DNA from: an uncultured Methanoregulaceae archaeon
GTDB lineage: Archaea; Halobacteriota; Methanomicrobia; Methanomicrobiales; Methanospirillaceae
Assembly (NCBI GenBank): GCA_963701095.1
Contig: OY969564.1
Coordinates: 1,824,001 to 1,888,000, forward strand
Direction of reading: 5' to 3'
DNA: 64,000 bases
Of the stretch, positions 11,519 through 22,513 are shown one piece after another; within the stretch, counting starts at the first letter, position 1; each line of letters begins with the position of its first letter. A program made the translations under genes and the position numbers. Under the pieces are notes generated by a model that worked only from the letters and a program-made list of their open reading frames with translations, did no database searches and was not told where the DNA came from.

Positions 11519-11604
11519 GTATCCTTTATCTATTAATCCCCGTAATAGTCCGCGAGCCCGGCGTCCGGCTCGTTGAACATCCTGTTTTGCAAAGGAGACC
11601 CTGA

Positions 11605-12084
11605 ATGCAGGTTCGTATAATTGCTGTAGGAAAGATCAAAGAGCGGTACCTTTCTGACGCTATTGCCGAGTACGAAAAGCGACTTATTCCTTACCTGAAC
11701 TTATCTATCCTCGAAATTCCTGAGGAGAAACGCGGTGTCCACCTTTCTGGAGGCAAGGAACACATCATTAAAAATCGTGAAGGCGACCGGATTCTCTCTG
11801 CTATACCAGACGGATCGCACATAATTGCTCTCGATATCAACGGAAAACAAATGTCAAGTGAGGTATTTGCTGCCCGGATCAAGGAATTGCAGTTTGCTGG
11901 GACAAGATCGATTGTCGTTGTTATAGGGGGAGATCTTGGTCTCTCCGATGATGTGCTCGGCCGGGCCTCTCTTCGCCTCTCATTCTCACCCATGACCTTT
12001 ACGCACCAGATGGTGCGGCTGATACTTCTTGAACAGATCTACCGGGCTTGTAAGATTAACAGTAACGAACCATACCATAAATAA
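11605..12084 (+). CDS. rlmH: 23S rRNA pseudouridine-1915 N3-methyltransferase (SPOUT)
   Basis: IIAVGKIKE, IGGDLG, SPMTFTHQMVRLILLEQIYRA, EPYHK. Confidence 0.96.
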   Translation: MQVRIIAVGKIKERYLSDAIAEYEKRLIPYLNLSILEIPEEKRGVHLSGGKEHIIKNREGDRILSAIPDGSHIIALDINGKQMSSEVFAARIKELQFAGTRSIVVVIGGDLGLSDDVLGRASLRLSFSPMTFTHQMVRLILLEQIYRACKINSNEPYHK

Positions 12085-12125
12085 ATCTTGCAGGAAATCG
12101 CGTGCATGGTTGTCACAAAAAAGAA

Positions 12126-13664
12126 TTACTTTTTTTCCGTTATTTTGGATTGAGACGAGATAATCTCGTCTTCCCCTTCAGCCTGAATACTTTTCATCGA
12201 TGGGAAAAGGATCACTTCTTTGATGGAGTTGTTGCCGGTAAGTAACATTACGAGCCGGTCAATACCAATGCCTACTCCTCCGGTTGGTGGCATACCATAT
12301 CCGAGAGCGTTGATAAAGTCATAATCAATCATCTGGGCTTCAAGATCGCCAAGCTGCCGCTTTTTATCCTGGGCCTCGAATCGCTCCTTCTGATCAAGTG
12401 GATCGTTGAGCTCAGAGAAACCATTTGCAATCTCCATTCCATAAATGAAGAGTTCAAAGCGTTCTGTGAAACCCTCCCTCTCCCTATGGCGTTTTGCAAG
12501 AGGTGAGTTCTCGATCGGGAAATCAAAGATGAAGGTTGGTTGGACGAGCTTCTCTTCGACTATGTTCTCAAAGAAATAAACGAGGAACTCTCGATGCGTC
12601 TGGGGTTTTTCTGCCTCCTTGAGCCGGTTTTCCTGTGCAATGGTCCGGAGTTCTTGAATTGAATGGTTAAAGATGTCTATTCCCGCGTATTCTTTAACTG
12701 CATCTGCCATAGAGAGCCTCCGAAGCGGTTTATTAAAAGAAATCGTGGTGCCTTCAAACGGAATCTCATGCTTTCCATGAACTTCCTGCACGAGAGTTGC
12801 GAGGAAGTCCTCAGTGAGATCCATCATATCGTAGACATCATGGTATGCCCAATAGATTTCAACCATCGTGAATTCGGGGTTATGGTGTGTATCGATGTCT
12901 TCATTCCTGAAGTTACGGGCTATTTCAAAGACACGTTCGAACCCTCCGACAATAAGGCGCTTGAGATAGAGCTCCGGTGCGATCCTCAGGAAAAGTTTTT
13001 GTCCGAGGCAGTTATGGAACGTGGTAAAAGGTCGTGCGTTTGCTCCCCCATATACCGGCTGGAGAATGGGTGTTTCGAATTCAAGGAAATCCCGTTCAGT
13101 AAGATACCTCCTGATCGATGAGAGGATCCGGCTCCGCTTCCGGAATCCCTGCCGGGAGTCTTCGTTTACGATCAGGTCAACATATCGTTGCCGGTACCGT
13201 TTTTCCACATCGGTGAGCCCATGAAATTTCTCGGGAAGCGAACAGACGGCTTTCGAGAGGAGCGTGACTTTGTCCACCCAGATCGTAATTTCACCGAGTT
13301 TGGTCCGGAAAACATGCCCGGATACACCAATAAAGTCTCCCCTTTCGATGAATTGGTTGAAAAATTCAAATGTCTCATCCCCGAGATCCGCCTTTCGGAT
13401 GTAAAGCTGGATTTTGTCGTTCTCATCCCCGAGATCGGCAAAGATTGTTTTGCCATGATTGCGGATAATATAAAGACGCCCGGCTGTCGAAACACTTTCC
13501 TCACTTTTATCATGGGTGATTTCCGCAAACGTTCTCCTTATTTCTGCTATTGTGTCCTTCCGGTCGAATGTGGGAGGATAGAGGTCAATACCTTTTTTCC
13601 GTAGTGCATGTACTTTATCGAGCCGGGTCTGGTCGAACGAAAGACTTTCAGAAGGATCAGTCAT
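12126..13664 (-). CDS. lysS: Lysine-tRNA ligase, class II
   Basis: OB-fold N-terminus, YRQRYVDL, LRIAPELYLKRL, FRNE, GMPPTGGVGIGIDRL. Confidence 0.98.
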   Translation of the reverse strand: MTDPSESLSFDQTRLDKVHALRKKGIDLYPPTFDRKDTIAEIRRTFAEITHDKSEESVSTAGRLYIIRNHGKTIFADLGDENDKIQLYIRKADLGDETFEFFNQFIERGDFIGVSGHVFRTKLGEITIWVDKVTLLSKAVCSLPEKFHGLTDVEKRYRQRYVDLIVNEDSRQGFRKRSRILSSIRRYLTERDFLEFETPILQPVYGGANARPFTTFHNCLGQKLFLRIAPELYLKRLIVGGFERVFEIARNFRNEDIDTHHNPEFTMVEIYWAYHDVYDMMDLTEDFLATLVQEVHGKHEIPFEGTTISFNKPLRRLSMADAVKEYAGIDIFNHSIQELRTIAQENRLKEAEKPQTHREFLVYFFENIVEEKLVQPTFIFDFPIENSPLAKRHREREGFTERFELFIYGMEIANGFSELNDPLDQKERFEAQDKKRQLGDLEAQMIDYDFINALGYGMPPTGGVGIGIDRLVMLLTGNNSIKEVILFPSMKSIQAEGEDEIISSQSKITEKK

Positions 13665-13813
13665 CAGGAAGCTCCCAAGCGGGGATATACCACATACCTT
13701 CGATGTCTAGCGTAATAATACCTACAGAGGCGACCGTTCACGTCGATAGGATTCGAAAAACAAGGTTCGGAAAAGATCAACTTCCCGGTAATGGGGGGGA
13801 GCAGTCTGTCGAC

Positions 13814-15160
13814 TTAAGGTCGATTGTGTTTCCTGAAAAATTCTGATGAGTACTTCGCAAGACCATATATCCCGTCTGTTGAGGGATGGACTTCAATAAA
13901 ATCCTCGAAATCATGCACGGAGATGTTCCGCTGCATGAGAAAAGCGAGGTAACCGGCGATAATTCCACCCGAAGGGCCTGCTGCACAAATCCCGGAAATC
14001 TCCCCGGATACTGGATCTGCAAAAATTTTTGCGAGACCGGTATCGTTGTACGGAACCGACCAGTAGGTTCCCGGCCCTGCCGGACCAGGGATAGCAAGAG
14101 ATGCGCTTTTCGAATCTCCACATCCGCAGTATGCCAGCTCATGTCCAAGATAGATTGCCTGGGGGATACGGGAATAATCCATGTGCCGTTCTTTGCCAAG
14201 GATATTATCTGCGGCAACGATTCCCTGATGCCTGGCGACAGGTGTCAGGAACGGTGCACCGGTTACATCTCCGCAGGCATAGATGCCGGGCACGTTTGTC
14301 TGCATACGGTCGTTAACAACGATTTCGCCACAAGGCCCTTTCTCAATTCCGCTTGCCATCCCGGCGTTCGGGATAAGGCCGGTTGCAAGTAACACATTAT
14401 CACATAGGATTTCCGCCTCCTTTCCCTCTATATCATACCGAACGCCTTTAACCCGGGTAGTCCCGGTAATGCTGGTTACCCCAACTCCTTCTTGGATATC
14501 AACACCTGCCAATTCTTTGAAGGCTATGGCCCGGAGATGCCGGTCGAGTTTTTTCAGAAAACCGCTGCGGGAAAAGATCGTAACCTTGCATCCGAACGAC
14601 GAAAAAATATATGCGAACTCCGCTGCTATCACACCCCCGCCGATAATCACCAAATTTTTTGGAAGATCACGGAGATCCCAAAGAGAATGCGGTGTCAAGA
14701 CGCCGGGAATGGTTACTCCCGGGATGTCCGGAATGTAAGGTCGGGACCCGGTTGCGATGATCGTTGCCTCTGATTCGACCGGATCCTCACCTATAAATAC
14801 CTGAGCCCCGTTGACTTTTCCCGGTAAACTGTAAACAACGTTCACTCCAGCGTTTCTGGTCTCTTCATCAAGAATTCCGGCAATCTTTTGTTGAACGGTA
14901 AGTGTTTCGTCCATCACCCTTGAAAAATTAAGTACCGGGATCGCATCTGTCACACCAGACTCGTGGAATCTGCGGGTAGTATTGAGGATACGGGCAATAT
15001 CATTCAGAGCACATACCGGCATACAGCCAAAATGGAGGCACTGCCCGCCGATCCCGCGCATTTTTCCTTTGGGTTCGACGAGCGTCACATTTTTTCCTGC
15101 CGTGGCAAGCCGGATTGAGGCTATGCGCCCGGCAGGTCCCCCTCCTAGAACAACGATCAT
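13814..15160 (-). CDS. Dihydrolipoamide dehydrogenase-like FAD-dependent disulfide oxidoreductase
   Basis: GGGPAG, redox-active GGQCLHFGCMP, GGGVIAAE, GD motif, C-terminal HPS. Confidence 0.9.
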   Translation of the reverse strand: MIVVLGGGPAGRIASIRLATAGKNVTLVEPKGKMRGIGGQCLHFGCMPVCALNDIARILNTTRRFHESGVTDAIPVLNFSRVMDETLTVQQKIAGILDEETRNAGVNVVYSLPGKVNGAQVFIGEDPVESEATIIATGSRPYIPDIPGVTIPGVLTPHSLWDLRDLPKNLVIIGGGVIAAEFAYIFSSFGCKVTIFSRSGFLKKLDRHLRAIAFKELAGVDIQEGVGVTSITGTTRVKGVRYDIEGKEAEILCDNVLLATGLIPNAGMASGIEKGPCGEIVVNDRMQTNVPGIYACGDVTGAPFLTPVARHQGIVAADNILGKERHMDYSRIPQAIYLGHELAYCGCGDSKSASLAIPGPAGPGTYWSVPYNDTGLAKIFADPVSGEISGICAAGPSGGIIAGYLAFLMQRNISVHDFEDFIEVHPSTDGIYGLAKYSSEFFRKHNRP

Positions 15161-15172
15161 ACAGGTACTTTT

Positions 15173-16147
15173 TTAGAAGACTTCGACACCTTCATCCATT
15201 GGTTCGGACAGAAGTTCCCCGGTGAAGGCGTTGACTTCGACAATCTTCTTTCCCCGGATCTGCCAGACCGGGATATAAACCTGCTTGGTATCGACTGATA
15301 TATTCTTGCGATCAGGTTTGAGGGTTTTTTCCTCGTAAAAAATAGCATCACCCTTTTCCTGTTTGATCCGGACTTTCTGGGTGAGCCTTTCAATAAGCTC
15401 GGTTACCATCCTTTCTGTCAGCTTCCTCTTTGGTGATGTGCGCGTCAGATACTTCAGCGTTTGCCGGGATCTCCGAATCTTCGACTTTTGTCCCGTCAAG
15501 GTCTATTTTGATACCATTTATCGCGTTGATTGCGCCCCATCCGTCGGCATCGAAGGGTATGCGCCTGTCCTTATACACCTGCTCCCCTGAGCTGACGTAA
15601 TGGATCAGGTAGTAGGGAATGAACCGGAGTTTTGCCGCCCCCTGAATACCTGCAGTTCTGATGGCGGCCTGCTCGGAGAGCTTGACCGGGAAATGCAGGA
15701 TCGAAATTCCAGAAGGCTCATCTTCAGCAGGTGTGGCTTGTGCCCCAGACCCCGGGTACTAGCAGCCTTTTTTGCCTTTGCTTTACCCGGCGTAAGGTCG
15801 AGTGTAAGTTCACGCGCAACAATATCTGCAAGCACTGCCTCTCCGGCGTACTGGACAAACTCGTCAATGCCCCACTGGGTGCAGTTTTCAGTCACAATAT
15901 CCTTTTCAAGAGTAAAGAGGAGTTTTTTGCACGTCAACTCATGGTCGTCAACCATGAGGCTGTAATTGGTCTTGTCAAACTGCCCGATAAGCTCAGGATC
16001 GTTTGAACAGAGCACAAGAAGGCATTCACCGTCACGGACGGCAGAAAGATCCAGAGGTTCATCGACCTCTTCAACCTCAAAACGCGCAGCTTCAAGAATG
16101 AGCCTCATCGCATTCCTGGCTTTTTCCCGCATATCGTGTTCCATCAT
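15173..16147 (-). CDS. Hypothetical protein split by two frameshifts (~15753, ~15418)
   Basis: ORFs 15605..16147, 15390..15578 and 15173..15499 join into one ~325-aa reading. Confidence 0.7.
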
Positions 16148-16207
16148 ATAGAGATTTCCGTGGGCTTATAGAACAATTTTTCTATTGCAATCGCCGAGAT
16201 CACTATA

Positions 16208-16954
16208 ATGACCCGGCCGCTCAAATTTGTCGATCAGAGTATTGACGATTACGCGATGCAAGTAACCTATGATCCCACCAAGGGAACCGGGAAGGTAGTT
16301 TATAATCTCTCTCTTGTGAAAAATGAGGATTTTGAGTATGCCGTTTCGATCCTGAAAGATGCCTATAAGACCGGTGTTTCTGTCAGTGGCCTTGTCAAAT
16401 TCTGCCCATCTGGAGAAACTGTTGCAGGGTATGTTGTTCCTGATGGTAACACAGCCATATGCACCATCTGCAGCATCACCTTCGATGGGCTTTTGATAAA
16501 GCGGGGTGTGCCGATCACACCTATAGGTGGTGGGGTAGTTGAGATCGAGAACCGTGCCCCGCTTAGATTCACGCATATTATCCTTTACGAGCACACTACT
16601 ATCGATCCACTGCAGGTGCTAATCTCCCAGCAGATCACGTCAGTAAACGATGTTATGCGGAAGGGAAGTGGAAACATCCTTGCAAATATTCGTGAATTCC
16701 ATATGGAGGCAGAGCCTTTAGTGGGAAGTGTTCTCGATGAGCTCGCAGACAGTAGTTTCTCCGGGATTCTTGAAGTGGGTGTGCCAAACATTCCACTCCT
16801 TGGTGTCCAAGGGAGCCCGCAGTACGTGTCTATTGTCGCTGTCGGCGGCACAAATCCAATGGCGGCAATCCGTGAGGGCGGACGATGGGTCCAGACTCAG
16901 GCCATGAAAGGCCTAATGGATGTCCGGGAATTTGTCGAGATCCGGGACTATTAA
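16208..16954 (+). CDS. NrpR regulatory-domain protein without HTH (NrpRII-like, DUF128)
   Basis: TICSITFDGLL, GSGNILANIRE, GGTNPMAAIRE; no N-terminal wHTH. Confidence 0.85.
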   Translation: MTRPLKFVDQSIDDYAMQVTYDPTKGTGKVVYNLSLVKNEDFEYAVSILKDAYKTGVSVSGLVKFCPSGETVAGYVVPDGNTAICTICSITFDGLLIKRGVPITPIGGGVVEIENRAPLRFTHIILYEHTTIDPLQVLISQQITSVNDVMRKGSGNILANIREFHMEAEPLVGSVLDELADSSFSGILEVGVPNIPLLGVQGSPQYVSIVAVGGTNPMAAIREGGRWVQTQAMKGLMDVREFVEIRDY

Positions 16955-17070
16955 TATCATGGTTTCGTGCTACTACTCAATATGAGTCCTTCAGTCGTCC
17001 TGTAACGACTCACATCGCTTTATATGATACCGTAGAAATGTGTAACAATAACAACCACGTGTGATTCCAG

Positions 17071-18365
17071 ATGAGATATTATACTATAGTTATTCCCCTG
17101 ATTCTCGCTGCTTTATTCTGCAGCATTCCAGCCTATGCCCAGGAAAAATACTTGGGAGGTTCCCCCCAGATAACTGCCTATATTGCCGGAACAAATGAAT
17201 TCTATCCCGGGCAGGATGCCACGATCACCGTTGATATCCAGAACAGCGGCACAAGCCAGGTCCTCTACACCAACCAGGGTACCCTGCCCCAGGCGGATCT
17301 ACCAACAACGGCGAAGTTTGTCATCGTAGGACTTTCCGGGGAAGGAACACCAATCAATATAACAACTAACGCCCAGAACTTGGCCGACATCCCAAGCCCC
17401 GGGATAACAAGCGCGAGTTTTTCAGTAAAAATAACGTCTGACGCGACGCTCGGTCAGTATACCCTTCCCTTGGTTGTTCGGTATTCGTATCTATCGAACA
17501 GCCTGAACAACCAGCCGACAAGTGATCAGGTCCAGTCAGTTTATACTCCGGTAAATTTGACGATTCCTCTCACGGTTATGATAAAACCTGTCGTCAAAAT
17601 AGACGTGCTCGCAGCTGAGGGATCGGGTCTCGCCGTGGGAACAGAAGGGTACATCAACCTGACCATTGAAAATGCAGGTTATGAGGATGGAACCCGGGCT
17701 ACCGTTAAAATCCTGCAAAACGGTGATAGCGCTATTATTCCGACTGATAACAGTGTCTATGTAGGGGATTTTCCACGTGGAGGGACGGTTACCTGCCAGT
17801 ACAAAGTATCTGTCTCTGCAGCGGCGCAGCAGCAGACGTACCCGATCGATGTGGAAGTGACTTACACTAATTCGGAAGGGAATACCGTAACTTCTGCAGT
17901 TGATACAGTAGGTGTGCCTGTTGCAAACAAACTTAGCTTTATCGTCACTTCACCTCCGGCTGTCATAACACAGGGATCGAGCAGTGTCATCTCCGTGGAA
18001 TATCAGAATACAGGATCCATCACTGCAAATAACGCAGAAGCACGACTTTCAACGTATGGGCCACTCTCAAGCTCAGATACACTTGCGTATCTGGGAGACA
18101 TCCCTCCCGGGGGAAAGCCACAGCTCGTTATGCCATCAGCGTCGCAAGCGGGGCAACGCCTGGGATCTATCCTCTTGATACTGAAGTCAGGTACCGCGAT
18201 GAACTCGATAACAGCCAGGTTTCTGATACTTTCACCGCAGATGTGCAAGTAAATTCTCAGCCGGCGACATCAGCCCTTATCCAGATGCTGGAGGTTATCG
18301 TAGCAGCGGTAGTAATCCTTTGTGCTATTGGATACTACGTGTTTATAGTGAGGAAAAAGAAGTGA
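17071..18365 (+). CDS. S-layer-domain (COG1361-like) surface protein; -1 frameshift near 18110-18125
   Basis: Signal peptide, repeated Ig-like units (IQNSG/IENAG/YQNTG, YLGDIPPG), C-terminal TM plus RKKK in the shifted frame. Confidence 0.85.
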
Positions 18366-19075
18366 GGGGTTGGTGGAAGGGGGCGCTTCCAGCGCCAGCA
18401 ATACGAACAATCCGTGACATGAAGATTGTTCTTGCAAATCCTGAATGTGATGTATCTGATCCCCTCTACTATATGTATCGTGATCTTGCACTATCAGCCG
18501 CAGACCGGTGCTGGCTTGAAAAAGAACATCTCCGTTACGATGTCACGGTTATTCCTCCTCAGGATATCTGTGGTGAATATGTCAAGACCAAGGGGCATTA
18601 CCATCCCTGCAGCCCAAAGGGTATGGGCTATCCCGAACTATATGAAGTTATAGAAGGACAGGCGCAGTTCCTCCTGCAATCACACACTCTTAATGATGCT
18701 ATTCTTGTTATTGCCGGGACAGGCACCAGGGTGATCATCCCGCCGGGTTACGGTCATATCTCTATAAATCCCTCAAACGACTCCATGCTTGCTCTTTCGA
18801 ACCTGGTATCAACGGCGTTTGAAAGTGAGTACGGTGAGTATGAATCCAGGCATGGGGCGGTCTATTTTATAATGAATGATGGCCGGATTGTCAGGAACCG
18901 TAATTACCCGAATGTTCCCCCGTTGCGACGAATTATCGTTGTCAGGGGGAAAGATACCGCCGGCCGATCTTATACGGGGCAGATCTATTCCCTGATCGGC
19001 GATCGAAAGGCCCTTGCGTTTCTTAATGAACCGGAAAAATATCCTGATGTTTTTAGGGGACTGTTAAAAGGTTAG
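18362..19075 (+). CDS. Cupin-type glucose-6-phosphate isomerase family protein
   Basis: LYYMYRD, KTKGHYH, YPELYEV, IPPGYGHISIN; GTGA overlap with upstream stop. Confidence 0.88.
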   Translation: MRGWWKGALPAPAIRTIRDMKIVLANPECDVSDPLYYMYRDLALSAADRCWLEKEHLRYDVTVIPPQDICGEYVKTKGHYHPCSPKGMGYPELYEVIEGQAQFLLQSHTLNDAILVIAGTGTRVIIPPGYGHISINPSNDSMLALSNLVSTAFESEYGEYESRHGAVYFIMNDGRIVRNRNYPNVPPLRRIIVVRGKDTAGRSYTGQIYSLIGDRKALAFLNEPEKYPDVFRGLLKG

Positions 19076-19799
19076 GTGCAGGAAGGCGCTTATGGGCATT
19101 TTTCTGTGCCCTTGACAGAACTTTTTCTTCTACCAGCGATCCAGCTTTCCAACCATTTACTTCAAGGTTTTTAAGCGCCAGATCGATATCAGCATAGGAA
19201 AGACCGATCTCACCTTCATCGCTCTGGCCGGTCCAGAGACCGGCTGAAGGTGCTTTAGTAAGGATTGACTCTGGTATTTTCATCTCTTTTGCCATTTCGT
19301 AGACGTCAGATTTATACAGATGTACGATAGGCTGGAGATCTGCCGCATTGTCACCGTATTTCGTGCAGTAACCAAGCATAAACTCGCTACGGTTTGAAGT
19401 ACCGCACACGAGCCGGTGATCCCGGTTGGCATGATAGTATAGTATAGTCATCCGGATTCGTGCCATAAGGTTCCCGAGAAGGAATGGTGATTCCACGAAT
19501 CCCGGGATAGTGGAAAAGGCTGCAAGCATGGGATCGATACTTACGACCCGGTGCTCCATACCAAGGGTAGCACAAAGATCTGCTGCATCGTTAAGGTCAT
19601 GAGGGTTGCTCACGGATGCCGGAAGGGATATCCCAAGCACGTTGTCAACTCCTATCGCCCGGCAGCAGAAAGCTGCGGCCAGCGCTGAGTCTACGCCACC
19701 GGAGACACCGATGACTATCCCGTCACACCCACTGTTCCAGTAAGTGTACCGGATCATCTGTTCAACCTGACCCATCCTGCATCCAAGTTCCGCTGCCAT
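19053..19799 (-). CDS. nadE: NH3-dependent NAD+ synthetase
   Basis: SGGVDS, NLMARIRM, GTSNRSE, TKYGD, KAPSAGLW. Confidence 0.97.
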   Translation of the reverse strand: MAAELGCRMGQVEQMIRYTYWNSGCDGIVIGVSGGVDSALAAAFCCRAIGVDNVLGISLPASVSNPHDLNDAADLCATLGMEHRVVSIDPMLAAFSTIPGFVESPFLLGNLMARIRMTILYYHANRDHRLVCGTSNRSEFMLGYCTKYGDNAADLQPIVHLYKSDVYEMAKEMKIPESILTKAPSAGLWTGQSDEGEIGLSYADIDLALKNLEVNGWKAGSLVEEKVLSRAQKNAHKRLPAPNLLTVP

Positions 19800-19813
19800 C
19801 GCTTTTTCCTTTA

Positions 19814-21513
19814 TTAGAATAAGCGGATAAATTTTTTTAACTGTTCGGTGCTTCCTGCAACGATAACTGCATCTCCTTCGTGAAGTATTTCTTCTTCAGT
19901 CGGTGATACAATGACACTTTCGGATCTCTCGATCCCCAAAAATCGGACGCCGCTTTTTCCCGTTACGCTTTTTACCGAGTGCTCAACGGGATGCTGTATT
20001 TGTTTAAGCACGACCATCTCACCGTCTGGAAGATCGATAATGATAGTGACTGTATCCGCGAGAACAATTCTGCCTACAGCCTGTCCGCCAATCCGGGGCA
20101 GCAGCGCGACATAATCTGCCCCCGCCCTGTAGAGTTTATCGACGGACAATGGATCATTTGCCCGGGCAAGGATGCGGATACCGGGATTAAGGTTGCGTGC
20201 CATTAACGTTGTAAAAATATTCACATTGTCATCATTAAGCGCGACAATACAGAACTGGGCCTCTCCGATACGGGCCTCCCTCAAAATCTCCTCGTCCTCA
20301 GCGTTCCCTTCTACCTCGTTCACGTCATACTTTTTTGCATCGACGACGATACAGGATATTCCTGACGCCATCATCTCGGTGTACACTGAAGACCCCACAT
20401 CACCGAATCCTGCGATGACCGCGTGACCGATCTGTTCACGACTTACTTCTAATTCTTCATGAACCGCCCGGCGAATTGCGTCGGCACGCCCAAACAAAAA
20501 AAGCGAGGTCGTCGCATCGATCGTCTCTTCCGTGTCTGGGAGAGAAATGAACCTGCCAGATTTCCAGATAAACGGTACTATAACACCGTACTTACCGTAC
20601 AGATCCAGATCACCGATTTGTTTTCCCTTCGCCTTGCTTTCCACCATAACAGGGATGTGAATTAGCCGGAGGATCTTTTCTGGAAATTCTTCATTATTAA
20701 TGGTAAGGCGGTCGAGCCCGGGGAGGGAAGATTCCGTATCCCCGCCGGATTTAGTATTGCATGCCTTGCAAGGATTCTCCCCGTAATCTGTTTTGGGGAG
20801 AGTACATACTCTGCACCTGCATATCGTAAATACCGGTCAAAGGATACCTTGTCGACGATAGAGATAATCCGTGCTGAAGTTATCCCCCGGATCCCCAGAA
20901 TTATGCTTGCTATTGTGCGTTCATTCTCGCAAAGGATCACGAAATCTGCATTCCTGATCCACGCCTGCTCCCAAGTCTGGGGGTCGTCATATTCACCCCA
21001 TATAACAAATGCCCTCCGGAGGTGTTTGCGGGCAAGGGTACGGGCTGCGGTCTCGTCTTCTTCGACAATGAGTATCTCCTTATCCGAGAGGGACAGACTC
21101 TCCACCAATGCTCTGGATAACTCGCCGTTCCCCACAATGATCGTATGGTGATAGAGAGCATGAGGTGTCTTCCGCGCCGGTCCTGATCGGAGCACTGCTA
21201 CAAGGTAAGGGGTGAGGAGAAGGGGGACGACCATGAAGATCATGATGACACCCGAAAGCATCATGATCGTCGAAAGGATGATTATAGTGTCTGAGTGATA
21301 AGTAAGCAAACTTCCCGTAGTAGTTATGGTTTGAATTACAAAAAGCACCGATTGTGCCCAATCGACCGTTTTTCCCTCAAAATCGGGGTACAATCCGTGA
21401 AATATAACGGTAAAAATTGTTATAAGTAATGCGAATAGCACGAAGTAAATCAGGATCCGCATCTCGACAGACGTTTGAATGATCCGCCAGATCAGGTGTT
21501 TTCTTGATCTCAT
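19814..21513 (-). CDS. 2-TM ion-channel protein with tandem RCK (TrkA-N/C) domains; -1 frameshift near 20741
   Basis: TM-pore-TM then IVGNG and IAGFGDVG Rossmann motifs, AGAEYV/AGADYV; ORFs 20662..21513 and 19814..20647 join. Confidence 0.85.
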
Positions 21514-22397
21514 GATTTGGTTCTCTGTCTTATCTTACAGCGGATATCACAAGCTTCACACTTTCCCTCCCCTAGTGGCCAGCCACAAATAGGGCATAGA
21601 GCGGAAGGTTTGCGGGCAAGGGTACGGGCCAGATTTGCGAGAGCGAATTTTGTCGCTGGATGCCTTTCTTCGTAAACATCAAGTTCTTTCTGTGCTTCTG
21701 TTACTGTGGCGCTGCTGTAGGCATAAGGGCATGGATGCAGGAATGAGGAATCAAAAAGATTCGCGTACTGATTTATTTCTTTTGCCGGTATTTCAATAAA
21801 AGGACGTATCACCGGGATTTGTTTTGCGCCTATAGACCACGAGGAAAACAAAGTCTTTTCCACCGAACCAAAAAGAACGTCAGTAAAAAAAGATGTGGCA
21901 ATATCGTCTACAGTGGTGGCAAAGGCGCAAGAGGTGATCCCATGCTCCTGGGCAAGTTCACCAATCAGATCTTTTTTAAGGATATGACAGGCACGACAAG
22001 ATTTTTCCCTACCTTCATACCTAAAGATTTCATCTGCAGTCCTCCCATATCGGTCCGCAAACGAGCCGGAGAACCATTCCACATCGCAGGCAGCGGCTTT
22101 TTCTCGGGCAACCTGTTTGACCTCATACCCAACAATCCCCGGGTCGATAGTAATTGCAGAAAGCCTGATATCCCGGCGATTTGAGGTTAGTTTTGAAAGG
22201 AAGAAAAGGAGAGCTGCACTGGCAGTATCCCCCGATAGTGCAACGGCGATGTGATCTCCCGGATGCAGCCAGCTATACATCCGGACAGTACGTTTGGCCT
22301 TTGCCTCGACATCCTTGGCAAAATGCTCCGGACACAAATATTTTCCAGAATATGGCTGGAAAATAATCGCTTTGTGCCGGCACACAGTGCATTGCAT
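21510..22397 (-). CDS. TtuA/NcsA (Ctu1-like) tRNA thiolation family protein with degenerate motifs
   Basis: N-terminal CxxC..CxxH and C-terminal CxxC..CxxC zinc fingers, IRPF, CPY; PP-loop reads SGDTAS. Confidence 0.85.
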   Translation of the reverse strand: MQCTVCRHKAIIFQPYSGKYLCPEHFAKDVEAKAKRTVRMYSWLHPGDHIAVALSGDTASAALLFFLSKLTSNRRDIRLSAITIDPGIVGYEVKQVAREKAAACDVEWFSGSFADRYGRTADEIFRYEGREKSCRACHILKKDLIGELAQEHGITSCAFATTVDDIATSFFTDVLFGSVEKTLFSSWSIGAKQIPVIRPFIEIPAKEINQYANLFDSSFLHPCPYAYSSATVTEAQKELDVYEERHPATKFALANLARTLARKPSALCPICGWPLGEGKCEACDIRCKIRQRTKS

Positions 22398-22513
22398 TGG
22401 GGACAATCCGATCTGATCTGTATAATTGAAGATGTTTAAAGTTGTGCTGTCCCGGCGGCGGTTTGCATGGTGCCCATGATTTTATAGTCTGCCACATAAC
22501 CACTGTAGCAATC

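Noticed and set aside
12060..12126. rlmH 3' end as an integration site (as for SCCmec/orfX)
   Set aside because: Only 41 bp to the lysS stop; no recombinase or att duplication
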